Source: Mobula hypostoma (taxonomy: Eukaryota). From it: 64,000 nucleotides of DNA. Below, in pieces: positions 26,836-39,185 of this stretch. A model generated the notes under the pieces. It saw only the letters and a program-made list of their open reading frames with translations. It was not told where the DNA came from and did not search any database. Made by a program: the position numbers and the translations under genes. The DNA lies in the NCBI RefSeq assembly GCF_963921235.1, contig NC_086097.1:79796001-79860000 (forward strand). Direction: 5' to 3'. The number at the start of each line of letters is the position of its first letter. The stretch's first letter is position 1.

Positions 26836-28661
26836 TAGTGCTTGTAAAAGTATTCAGCCCCAAACCCTTTGTACACATAAATGAGTATTATAACTGGGGA
26901 TTTTGATCAATTTAACTGAGAATTTAATTTGTGAATCACATGCTCCTTTTTTCACAGAGCCCCAAAAAACAGGGAAAAATGTAAAGCATGGAAAAACTAA
27001 AAATTCAGAAACTGAAATGTCAGCAGTTCTAAAGTATTCATCCTCCTTTGCTCAGTACTTAGATGAGTCAGATTTCATAGCTATTACAGCCAGTAGTCTT
27101 TCTGGATAAGTCTGTTAGCTTTCCATAGCATGATGGAGCAAGATTTGCCCATTCCTCCTTACAAAATTGCTTGAGCTGTGCCAGGTTAGTTGGCGAGTGG
27201 TGGAGGACAGCAATTTTTTTTGGTCTTGCCAGATGTCCGATCGGGTTATGGTCAGGACTGCGGCCACGCAAGGACATCAATTTTCTTCATTTGAAACAAC
27301 TCCATAGTTGCCCTGGCAGTGTGCTTTGGGTCATTGCCCTGCTGAAAGATGAACTTTAAACTTTATTGTCACCAAACAATTGATACTAGAACGTACAATC
27401 ATCATAGCGATATTTGATTCTGCGCTTCCTGGATTACAAATCGATAATATTAAAAATTTAAATTATAAATCATAAATAGAAAATAGAAAAATGGAAAGTA
27501 AGATATTGCAAAAAAAAAGATGCAGGTCTGGATATTTGGAGGGTACGGCCCAGATCCGGGTCAGGATCCGTTCAGCAGTCTTAACACAGTTGGAAAGAAG
27601 CTGTTCCCAAATCTGGTCGTACGAGTCTTCAAGCTCCTGAATCTTCTCCCGGAGGGAAGAGGGACGAAAAGTGTGTTGGCTGGGTGGGTCGTGTCCTGAT
27701 TATCCTGGCAGCACTGCTCCGACAGTATGCGGTGTAAAGTGAGTCCAAGGACGGAAGACTAGTTCCTCTCCAGTTTAAGCCTTCTGTCAGAAGCTAGCAG
27801 ATTTTTATCCAGGATCTCTCTACATTTAGCAGCATTCATCGTTCCATCATTTCTGACCAGGTTTCCAGTCTCTGCTGCTGAAAAGCACTGGGTAGCATGA
27901 TGCTACCTCCACCATACCTTATGGTAGGGGTGGTGTTATCTGGCTGATCTGGCATAAATCTAATACTGTACATTTATCGCTTAACAAGAGCATATCATTG
28001 CCCATAAAGACTTTGCAAAGCATCACTTAGAAGATGCCCTAAAGATGTGGAAGAAGGTCTTGCAGTCAGATGAGACTAAGGTGCAACTTTTTGGCCCAGT
28101 ACTGGTATGTGTGGTGTAAATCTAATACTGCACATTGGATAGGTAACACCATCCCTACTGTATAGTATGGTGGGGGTAGCATCATTTTAAGGGGATGGTT
28201 TTGAGCAGCAGGAACAGCAAATTTGGTCAGGATTGATCGTAAGATGAATGCTGCTAAATACAGAGAGATCCCAAATTAAAAACCTGCTAGTCTCTGCCAG
28301 GTAGTGCAAACAGGGATGGAAGTTTGTCTTTCAGCAAGACAATGACCCAGAGCAATCATGGAATGGCTTCAAATGAAGAAAATTTACTGGCTGTAATAGC
28401 TGCAAGAGGTAGTTCAACTAAGAACTGAGCAAGGGGTAATGATTACCTTCAAACTGCTGGCATTTCAGTTTTTTAAATTTTAGTTTTTCATGTTTTACAT
28501 TTTTCCCTGGGTTTTTTGGACTTTACTTGGGGGGGTGGTGGGGAAGAAGGAGCATGTGATTCACAAATAAAAATTCTCAGTTAAATTGATCAAAATCCCT
28601 GGTTGGAATACTCAATTGTATGAACAAAGTGTTGGGAGCTAAATACTTTCAAAAGGTATTG
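26836..28661. mobile_element. Tc1-derived fold-back element: two transposon 3' halves in inverted orientation, TA flanks
   Basis: Long TIRs (ggattttgatcaatttaactgagaattt..gtgaatcacatgctcc and its reverse complement at about 28548-28600). Transposase C-terminus lies on the minus strand at left (KQFCKEEWANL) and on the plus strand at right (WKKVLQSDETK, FVFQQDND). Confidence 0.8.
27352..27760 (-). mobile_element. Rex/Babar-type LINE 3' end inserted in the fold-back Tc1
   Basis: Minus strand reads AARII..PTQPTHFSSLFPPGEDSG-like (frameshifted HP.H.LF..LPSGRR motif) and ends in an aataaagtttaaa tail. Confidence 0.65.
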
Positions 28662-28663
28662 TA

Positions 28664-29690
28664 AGTTCGGCCTCATTGGAACAATGCAAGAGATTAAAGA
28701 CAGAAAGACCAGTGTGGATGCCAAATGAGTTAAAGTGACAAACCAAAGGAAGGGCGGAATCATTGTTGTGAACAAAACATAGTTATCTCCAAGTTTGTGT
28801 ATTGGTTTCTTCAAGAAGAAGCCACAATACAGAAAACTGAATTGGAAGCTGGACAAGTAAATTATTGCATCATGTAGAAGGACTGTTCATGTAGAAGGAT
28901 CATTCAGTTCCTGAATGATGGGAAGGACAGGGGTGGGGGAAAAGGGTAGATTTGTGCCTTCTGTAGTTAGCAGGGATGATGTTGTGAGAAGGAGATGAGA
29001 GTGTGAAACAGGGAGTCATGGATTAAACAAAACACACAAAATGCTGTTGGAACTCAGCAGGCCAGGCAGCATCTATTGGGGGGGGTGGAGTACAGTTGAT
29101 GTTTTGGGCATTTTGTGTATTGCTGGGATTTGTAGTATTTACAGATTTTCTCTTGTTTGAGTTGTGGATTAAAAGCTGCATGGTGAGGGAAGGGGAAAAT
29201 TTGTTTGTGTTATCACATTTCATGTGAACATAGGATGATCTGGTGAATTTGGAAGGTGATGGGTGGAAGATGAGGGCAAGGTGAATCCCATCCTTGCTGT
29301 GAGTGGGAAGAAAGTACAAAACAGCAGGATTTCAAGAAATAATAACAGATGTGGTTGAGGGCCCTGTTAACTACAGGGGAAAAGAAACCATTGTTAAGGA
29401 AAAAGATTGCAACCTCAGAAACACTGGTGTTAAAAATATCACCATCAAAACAGATTGAGAGATCTGGGAGAATGGAATGGTACTCTTGCAAGAAGCATAG
29501 AAGGAGGCTTTACTGAGATACCTGTAAGAGCTTGTGGGCTTACAACAGATACTGGTTGCTAAATCGTGAAATGTGTGTGTATGGGGGAGGAGAGGGGGAA
29601 AAGGTGGGGGGGGGGTTGGAGAGGATGAATGATGAGTCATAGTTGGAGCTTGTGAAAGTAGGTTGGAAATTAGCAACAAAGGCGTACTAG
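28664..29690 (-). mobile_element. Penelope-like element relics plus a pseudo-LTR end at about 29025-29110
   Basis: IHLALIFHP (compare VPLVLTYHP) and FFLNNGFFSPVVNRAL; aacacacaaaatgctgttggaactcagcaggccaggcagcatcta. Confidence 0.6.
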
Positions 29691-29907
29691 ATTGTTTTTA
29701 TCTTTATACATCTAATGTAAAATGATAAAACTCGGACTATATAACAAATTAATCTGCATCTGTGAGAACCGTCCTTGAAAGACAAAGTAGTAATTGTCAT
29801 TGAATGTAACAATGAATAAGACAAAACATGCTCCACTGAACATTGCATGCACTAGAGAGTGATCTTGGTATTGAAATCAAGCTAATAACTTCAAACATAC
29901 TCCTGAT

Positions 29908-32900
29908 TATAACCATATAACAGTTACAGCACAGAAACAGGCCATCTTGGCCCTTCTAGTCCGTGCTGAAAGCTTACTCTCACCTAGTCCCACCGATCTG
30001 CACTCTGCCCATAACCCTCCATCCCTTTCCTGTCCATATACCTATCCAATTTTTCTTTAAGTGACAATATCAAACCTGCCTCTACCACTTCTACTAGAAG
30101 CTCATCCCACACAGCCACCACTCTCTGAGTAAAGAGGTTCCCTCTCGTGTTACCCCTAAACTGTTGCCCCCTAACTCTCAACTCATGTCCTCTTGTTTGA
30201 ATCTCCCCTACTCTCAATGGAAAAAGCCTATCCATGCCAACTCTATCTATACCCCTCATAATTTTAAATACCTCTATCAAGTCCCCCCTCAATCATCTAC
30301 ACTCCAAAGAATAAAGACCCAACTTGTTCAATCTTTCTCTGTAACTCAGGTGCTGAAACCCAGGTAACATTCTATGAAATCTTCTCTGTACTCTATTTTG
30401 TTGACATCTTTCCTATAATTCGGTGACCAGAACTATACACAATACTCCAAATTTGGCCTTACCAATGCCTTGTACAATTTTAACATTACATCCCAACTCC
30501 TATTCTCAATGCTCTGATTTATAAAGGCCAGCAGACCAAAAGATTTCTTCACCACCCTATCCACATGAGATTCCACCTTCAGGGAACTATGCACCATTAT
30601 TCCTAGATCCCTCTGTTCTACTGCATTCTTCAATGCCCTACCATTTACCATGTACGTCCTATTTTGATTAGTCCTACCAAAATGTAGCACCTCACATTTA
30701 TCAGCATTAAACTCCATCTGTAATCTTTCAGCCCACTCTTCTAACTGGCCTAAATCTCTCCGCAAGCTTTGAAAACCTACTTTATTATCCACAACGCCAG
30801 CTATCTCAGTATCATCTGCATACTTACTAATCCAATTTACCACCCCATCATCCAGATCATTAATATATATGACAAACAACATTGGACCCAGTACAGATCC
30901 CTGAAGCACACCGCTACACACCGTCCTCCAATCTGACACACAGTTATCCACCACTACTCTCTGGCGTCTCCCATCCAGCCACTGTTGAATCCATCTTACT
31001 ACTTCCATATTAATACCCTACAATTGAACCTTCCTAACTAATCTTCCATGTGGAACCTTGTCAAAGGCCTTACTGAAGTCCATATAGACAACATCCACTG
31101 CTTTACCCTCATCAACTTTCCTAGTAACCGCTTCAAAAAATTCAATAAGATTAGTCAAACATAACCTTCCATGTACAAATCCATGTTAACTGCTCCTAAT
31201 CAGACCCTGTCTATCCAGATAATTACATATACCATCTCTAAGAATACTTACCATCAATTTACCCACCACTGACGTCAAACTCACAGGCCGATAATTGCTA
31301 GGTTTACTCTTAGAACCCTTTTTAAACAATGGAACAACATGAGCAATACGCCAATCCTCCAGCACCATCCCCGTTTCTAATGACATTTGAAAGATTTCTG
31401 TCAGAGTCCCTGCTATTTCTACATTAACTTCCCTCAAGGTCCTAAGGAATATCCAGTCAGGACCCGGAGACTTATCCACTTTTATATTCCTTAAAAGCGC
31501 TAGTACTTCCTCTTTAATCATCATAGTTTCCATAACTTCCCTACTTGTTTCCCTTACCTTACACAATTCAATATCCTTCGTCTTAGTGAATACCAAAGAA
31601 AAGAAATTGCTCAGAATCTTCCCCCATCTCTTTTGGCTTCACAAATAGCTGTCCACTCTGATTCTCTAAGGGACCAATTTTATCCCTCACTATCCTTTTG
31701 CTATTTATATAACTGTAGAAACCCTTTGGATTTATTTTCACCTTACTGGCTGAAGCTGCCTCGTATCTTCTTTTAGCTTTTCTAATTTCTTTCTTAAGAT
31801 TCTTTTTACATTCTTTATATTCCTCGAGCACCTCATTTACTCCATGCTACCTATATTTATTGTAGATCTCTGTTTTTCCGAACCAAGTTTCCAATATCCC
31901 TTGAAAACCATGGCTCTCTCAAACTTTTAACCTTTCCTTTCAAGCTAACAGGAACATAAAGATTTTGTACCCTCAAAATTTCACCTTTAAATGACCTCCA
32001 TTTCTCTATTACACCCTTCCCAATGCACACCTTCTAAATCCTTTCGCATCTCCTCAAAGTTAGCCTTTCTCCAATCAAAAATCTCAACCCTGGGTCCAGA
32101 CCTATCCTTCTCCATAATTATATTGAAACTAATGGCATTGTGATCACTGGACCCAAAGTGCTCCCCAACACATACCTCTGTCACCTGACCTATCTCATTC
32201 CCTAACAGGAGATCCAACACTGCCCCTTCTCTAGTTGGTATCTCTATGTATTGCTGCAAAAAATCTATCCTGCACACATTTTACAAACTCCAAACCACCC
32301 AGCCCTTTTACAGTATGGGTTTCCCAGTCTATGTGTGGAAAATTAAAATCTCCCAGAATAACAACCTTGTGCTTACTACAAATATCTGCTATCTCCTTAC
32401 AAATTTGCTCCTCCACTACTTGCTCCCCATTAGGTGGTCTATAATATACCCCTAAAAGTGTTACAACATCTTTCCCATTCCTCAATTCCACCCAAATAGC
32501 CTCCCTAGACAACCTCTCTAATCTGTCCTGCCAGAGCACCGCTGTAATATTTTCTCTGACAAGTAATATAACACCTCCCCCTCTTGTCCCTCCGATTGTA
32601 ACACCTGAAGCAACGAAATCCAGGAATATTTAGTTGCCAATCACACCCCTCCTGCAACTATGTTTCACTAATACTTCCAGGTGTCAATCCATGCTCTAAG
32701 CTCATCCACCTTTCTTACAATGCTCCTAGCATTAAAATAAATGCATTTAAAAAATTTTCCACCTCTTACTCTGTTTATCACTAATAGTGCAAACAACTTT
32801 ACTATCTTTTTCTTCCTTCTCCCCTACATCTGTTCCTACACTCTGGTTCCCCTCCTCCCTTGTATCTCGTTTAAATCCACTGCAGCCTCTCTAGCAAACC

Positions 32901-33190
32901 TACCCGCAAGAATATTTGTCCCCCTCCAGTTCAGATGTAAACCGTCCCACCGGAACAGGTCCCATCTTCCCTGGAAAACTGCTCAATTATCTATAAATCT
33001 GAAGCCCTCCCTCCTGCACCATGTCTTCAGCCACGTGTTGATCTGCGCTACCTTACTATTTCTAAACCCGCCTGCATGTGGCACTGGTAGCAATCCTGAG
33101 ATTGCTATCCTGGAGGTCCTGTCCTTTAACTTGACGCCTAACTCCCTAAACTCACCTTTCAGGACCTCCTCACTCTTCCTACCCTACACC
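29908..33190 (-). mobile_element. CR1 LINE (end of esterase ORF1 plus APE-RT ORF2, frameshifted)
   Basis: GVYYRPP, GDFNFP, GSSDHN, KSPGPD, SGVLQGSVLGP, KYADD and LVRPNLEYCV; tail seen as taaccatataac on +. Confidence 0.95.
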
Positions 33191-33359
33191 ATTATGGTTG
33201 GTGAATTGTGACAACTTCAAAATCCTTTTCTAGTTGATCCCTCTATTGTAATTAACTACAGGAAAACTTAACAAGTTCTTGTCACATTATTTTAGGGTAC
33301 TATTTATAATTTTATGATTTATTCGAACAAGAATTACCACATACCTCTTAGTTTAAAAA

Positions 33360-34505
33360 AAAACACAACATTTAACTAACATACATCAAAGTTGCTGGTG
33401 AACGCAGCAGGCCAAGCAGCATCTATAGGAAGAGGGGCAGTCGACGTTTCAGGCCGAGACCCTTCGTCAGGACTAACTGAAGGAAGAGTGAGTAAGGGAT
33501 TTGAAAGCTGGAGGGGGAGGGGGAGATCCAAAATGATAGGAGAAGACAGGAGGGGGAGGGATAGAGCCGAGAGCTGGACAGGTGATAGGCAAAAGGGGAT
33601 ACGAGAGGATCATGGGACAGGAGGTCCGAGAAGAAAGACAAGGGGGGGGTGACCCAGAGGATGGGCAAGAGGTATATTCAGAGGGACAGAGGGAGAAAAA
33701 GGAGAGTGAGAGAAAGAATGTGTGCATAAAAATGAGTAACGGATGGGGTACGAGGGGGAGGTGGGGCCTTAGCGGAAGTTAGAGAAGTTGATGTTCATGC
33801 CATCAGGTTGAAGGATACCCAGAAGGAATATAAGGTGTTGTTCCTCCAACTTGAGTGTGGCTTCATCTTTACAGTAGAGGAGGCCGTGGATAGACATGTC
33901 AGAATGGGAATGAGATGTGGAATTAAAATGTGTGGCCACTGGGAGATCCTGCTTTCTCTGGCGGACAGAGCGTAGATGTTCAGCAAAGCGGTCTCCCAGT
34001 CTGCGTCGGGTCTCACAAATATATAAAAGGCCACATCGGGAGCACCGGACGCAGTATATCACCCCAGTCAACTCACAGGTGAAGTGATGCCTCACCTGGA
34101 AGGACTGTTTGGGGCCCTGAATGGTGGTAAGGGAGGAAGTGTAAGGGCATGTGTAGCACTTGTTCCGCTTGCACGGATAAGTGCCAGGAGGGAGATCAGC
34201 GGGGAGGGATGGGGGGGATGAATGGACAAGGGAGTTGTGTAGGGAGCGATCCCTGCGGAATGCAGAGAGAGGGGGGGAGGGAAAGATGTGCTTAGTGGTG
34301 GGATCCCGTTGGAGGTGGCGGAAGTTACGGAGAATAATATGTTGGACCCGGAGGCTGGTGGGGTGGTAGGTGAGGACCAGGGGAACCCTATTCCTAGTGG
34401 GGTGGTGGGAGGATGGAGTGAGAGCAGATGTACGTGAAATTAGGGAGATGCGTTTAAGAGCAGAGTTGATAGTGGAGGAAGGGAAGCCCCTTTCTTTAAA
34501 AAAGG
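33360..34505 (-). mobile_element. Penelope-like element (Neptune-like), 5'-truncated: GIY-YIG endonuclease plus 3' pseudo-LTR
   Basis: ORF 33769-34566: RVPLVLTYHP..CKRNKCYTC (cysteine linker)..VIYCVRCSRCGLLYICETRRRLGDRFAEHL (GIY-YIG variant). A pyrimidine-rich pseudo-LTR follows. Confidence 0.92.
33438..33475 (-). ncRNA. Minimal type-I hammerhead ribozyme motif in the Penelope pseudo-LTR
   Basis: UAGUC-CUGACGA-AGG(GUCUCGG)CCU-GAAA-C-GUC^GACUG: complete core, stem I UAGUC/GACUG, stem II AGG/CCU, and palindromic ACGU in place of stem III. Confidence 0.8.
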
Positions 34506-34999
34506 GGGTGAGTGACACAGCAGTTGTATTCACAATAAAGAATAACCAAGAGGAACATACAACCACTCTCCCAGCCTTCTAAATGCACAAATATAATCAT
34601 ATAATCATATAAAATCATATTAACAGATGGAAACAGTGAGGTTATTGAAAAAGTAGTGTGTGTGTTCTTTTAAGATGGTTATGAGGAATTGTATACAGAA
34701 TTAAAAGGGCTAAAACCTAACTGACTTATTGGCAGCTTGACAAGTCGTGCTGTGAGAATAATGTATGAACAAAGAAATGTTGTTCCATGAGAAGCTTCTC
34801 AGTCTACCCTTATCAAATTATGTGATAACAATGTACAAGCTCACTTGGCTGCAGATTTTCTCAAGCTCGGTGAGCAGAGATTCTGGGTTGCCAACTGAGA
34901 ACGCAAGCTTGCTAATAAACAGTATGTAATTTTAAGTAAACTGTGTTTGACAGTTATTCTGAGTCTGAACCTAAAGGCCTCTGGTAGAGAGGCAGATCG

Positions 35000-35555
35000 A
35001 CAATTATAGCCAGGAGTGGTGATGGGGACAAGCTCCCACGAAATATTAAATGCTCCCAATGGCATGTGCCTCAAACAGTCTCTAACAGCCTAGTCCAACT
35101 CCTGGCCTTCATGTGTAGCTTAACTACTAAGCCTGGCGGAACCGTTTCTACTTGTAGGAGAAGGGGCAAAGGCAAGTCAATGGCACCTTAAAATCAATCG
35201 CTTTGAGCAGATGGAGTTTGTTGGCCATGGTTGGCAGCTCATATTACAAGAAGGAAAACTCTGATCTCAAAACTCTGTTGTCCTGCCACTATACCCACTC
35301 ATGGGGAAGGCTTCGGGAACAAACCCTGGGGGGGGGCGGGGGGGGCAGGGTTATTACGTAGAGTTCAATGTTGACTGGCAACTCCTGCAACACTGCAGAG
35401 ACCAATACAGTTTGGTACTAGCTGTTCTTTTGTGTTCATCAGATGCACGGAGAGGGTGAGCTTGCTACATGGGTAACAGCTTGCTCTCCATGTACTATCC
35501 AGGCCTGTGTATCTAGACAGTAAGATGCAATGCTCAGACTGATGGAGGCTCTCAC
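35000..35555 (+). mobile_element. Non-coding repeat resembling an RTE-clade 5' UTR
   Basis: Contains ggttggcagctc..gaaggaaaactctgatctcaaa, a motif I recall from RTE 5' regions; no convincing ORF. Confidence 0.5.
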
Positions 35556-35589
35556 CACAGTGTTTGTGTGTAAGATAGCTAGATTAAAT

Positions 35590-36560
35590 CAGACTGAGGG
35601 GAAGTGGGGGCAAACCAGAGGAGAGAGAAAGGAGAACAGGGTTATCTAAAGTTGTAAAACTCAATCCAGGCAAAATATTAGATGCTGTTCTTTTAGCTCA
35701 TGTTTGGCCTCACATTGGCGGTGGAGAAAGTTGGTGTGGGAACAGGAAAGGCGAAATTACATGCAACTTGGAGATCAGGATAGCCAATGCAGACTGAGTG
35801 TAAGCGTTCCACAAAATATTTTTCTAATGTGGATGAAACCACATTGAGAGCATTGGAAGCGGTAGATGAGGTTGGAGGAGGTTTATGCGAACCTTCTCTA
35901 GCCCACAGGGCTGTTTGGGTCCCTAGTTGGTGGTGAGGGAGGAGATGTAGAGACAAATGTTGCAACTCCTACAGCAGGTTGCGGCAAGGAAATACATTCC
36001 CTCTATTCCTTTTGGTTCCCTGTCACTCAGTTTCATTCCTTTCTACCATCAGCCTATCACCCCACACACTACAACTTCTAGTTCTCTATCCTCTCCCCCT
36101 AATGGTCCATTTGTCCCTAATCTCTCCCTTATTTGGTTCCACTATCAACTTGTTTAATTGTCTAGCATCTGCAGCCTCTTATCACCTTCCAGCATTTATC
36201 TCTACTTGCACCTTCCCTTTGGTTATCAGTAGCCAATCTGTCTCCAAATATAAGAGACAGATAGAGGAAGGGAATAGAGATATTAGAGATGGACCAAGTA
36301 AATTTGAGGACAAGGTGGAAGGTGGTGCCAATGTTGATGAAATTGAACTTGGCATAGGTGCAGGAAGCAGCACAAATGCAGTCATCAATGTAGTGTAGAA
36401 ACCTATCTATGCCTATCACCTGCCACTTTGTAGTCATTCCCCTCCCTACCTTCTTATTTTGGCTTCCACCCCCTTCCTTTCTAGTTCTGATAAAGGGTCG
36501 GCCCATAAATGTCAAATGCTTATTCCCCTCCATCGATGCTGCCTGACCTGCTGTGTCTAA
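35590..36560. mobile_element. Rearranged Penelope-like relic with inverted pseudo-LTR pieces
   Basis: Minus-strand FLHYIDDCI (RT YxDD) and YFVERLHSV..VACNF (endonuclease); plus-strand pseudo-LTR at about 36410-36555 (ttctgataaagggtcggccc..gatgctgcctgacctgctg). Confidence 0.7.
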
Positions 36561-37209
36561 TTTTATGTAATCTGACTGTGATATTTTAGTCACACATAAC
36601 ACAGAAATACTGAAGCCTATTAATAGCCTTGTTTTATTCAGCTTGTTACCTAGCAACAACCACAATAATGATCTTCTTATTTAAAATAGTTTTAGAATTT
36701 GTGTGTTTGACAGCATAATTTACTTGAATCATTTTTTTAAAGCCTGTCTCAATCCTGGAGTCACAATAACAGATAACAAAGCTGATTTTTTTATTTGAAA
36801 ATATTCACTACTTTGCAAATTAAGCAGCCCTATTAAGCTGGCATTGTTTACATTCTATTTTAAACCCCATACTGTCTTTTCTTTTTGATCTCCATTTCTA
36901 ATTTATTTAACTACTTATGCCAATCAATATTCTTTACCAAATAATCATTCAGCTCAGGATTTAAGACTGAATTAACTTATTTTCATTGAAATTTATTCCA
37001 CATTTTAATGAAACAGTTGTGGAAACAATACAGATAATCTCTTGGCCTGTTGAACTTTAAAGCCACAAATTAACAACTGACTTTAATATTTTAGTTCTTA
37101 TTCTCAGATCTTGTGTATGGTTGTAGTTCATCAATTTAGAGCTAATGAAAAATTCATTAGCTGAAATCTTTGCATTCAATGGTCAACTGTAAAATGTTGC
37201 ATCTAAATC

Positions 37210-39185
37210 GTACAGTATTCTAGCTGTTTGCTAGAGCTGCTGGGGAGGGCTAACTAATTTGGCAAGGGGATGGGAACCAGAGTGACAGGGCTGAGGATGG
37301 GGTAGCTGGTATGCAAATAGATAGTGTGTAATGAGTGAGGAAGGACAGTCAGATGACAGGGCAAAATCATTCAGTGGGATGAGTTGATGTGTAATATGGG
37401 GGCAAAATCAAAAATGGTGATTAAAAACAGGACTGGAGGTTTTGTAGTGGAATAAAAGCATAGACTATTTTGTAAACGGTGGGAAAATTCAAAAATGCAG
37501 AGGTGTAAACAGACTTGCAAGTCCTCGTGCAGGACATCCTAAATGTTAACTTGAAAGGTTGAGTCAGTTGTAAGGAAAGCAAATGCAATGTAGCATTCAT
37601 TTTGAGTGGGCTAGAATATAAAAGCAAGGATGTAATGCTGAGGCTGAGGTATTGGTCAGACTGCACTTGGAGTATTGTGAGGTGTAACTTTTGACACCCT
37701 TACTAATGAAGAACCTATCTACTTCCACTTTAAATATAAACAATGTCTTGGACTCCATGGCCATCTATGGCAATGAATACCACAGATTCATCATCTTCTG
37801 GCTAAAGAAATTCCACCTTGTATTTGTTCTAAATGGAGACCTCTCTATTCTGATGCTTTGCCCTCTTGTCTTGGGCTCTTTCCCCTGCCCCCCCTCAATA
37901 AGAAACATCCTCTCCATGTCCGTCATTTGCATTTTCCATCAATGGGCCTTTACCAACATGTCAGAGAAGTAAAATAATGAAGAGCACAAGCGGAGCTCTG
38001 AATTTTGGAATTCCTTGGATGTTTTATTTAGCATTCCTTTTGGTCCTGGGCATTGTGATTTTTTTTTGGGGGGGGGGAGCGGTAGGTTTGAGGATACAGC
38101 CCTGACATCCCACATCACACTAGTATTTAGCATAGCCACTTAATCATGTGGGCACGAAGTGTAGAATAGAACCAGAACAACAGGTTTAGGGTGGGGGGGG
38201 GGGTGAGATTTAGAGGAAATATTAGGAGGAACCTTTTTTTTTACCCAGAAACTGCTGAAATGCTCTACCAGACAGGGGGTCGAGGTTGGGTCACTAACAA
38301 GTGACAAGTGTGTAAATGAACACTTGAACGGCTTAGCAACACTCACAACACGCTGGAGGAACTCAGCAGGTCGGGCAGAATCCATGGAAACGATCAGTCA
38401 ACGTTTCCGGTCAGGACTGAAGAGGGAAGGGCTCAGAGGCCCTACAAAGAAGGTAGGGGGAGGGTGGGAAGGAGAAGACTGGTAGGTGCCAGGTGAAAAA
38501 CCAGTAAGGGGAAAGATAAAAGGGTGGTGGGGGGGGGAAGCAGGGAGGGGATAGGCAGGGAAGGTGAAGAAAGAATAGGGGAAAGCACAATAGGTAGTAG
38601 AAGGAGGCGGAACCATGAGGGAGGTGACAGGCAGCTGGGGGACGGGGCAGAGTGAAACTCGGATGGGGGAAGGGAGGGAAGGTAATTACTGGAAGTTGGA
38701 GAACCTGAACTGCTTAGGCAGTAGAGGGTCACGGACCAAGTATTAGGCAAAGGTGCTACTATAGAAGGGTGCCCATTGATCAGCACCATGAATTGGACTG
38801 ATGGGCTGACTTCACTTGCTGCAGTTTATAAGAATCTCACTGAAACCTATCAACTATTGAAAGCCTAGCTAGAATGGATTAGGAGAAGATGTTTCCTGTA
38901 GTGGGGAGGTCTAGGACCGGAGGGCACAGCCTCAGAATCTAAGGCACAGACTTAGAACGGGTATGAGACGGAATTCCTTTGGCCAGAGACTGGTGAATTT
39001 GTGGAATTAATTGCCACAGTCAAAGGGTATATTTAAAATGGAGGTTGATAGGTTCTTGATTGGTAAGGACAACAAAGGTTGTGGGGAAAAGACAGGAGAA
39101 TGGGATTGAGGGCCATAATGGAATGGTGGAGCAGACTCAATAGGTTGAATGGTCTAATTCTGCTCCTATGTCTCATGGTCTAATT
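37210..39185. mobile_element. Cluster of CR1 fragments (37210-37680 +, 37700-37925 -, 38140-38340 +, 38830-39185 +) with a Penelope pseudo-LTR (about 38340-38705 -)
   Basis: ctagaatataaaagcaaggatgtaatgctg..cacttggagtattgtga; CR1 3' end ggtctaattctgctcctatgtct; gctggaggaactcagcaggtcgggcag. Confidence 0.7.
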
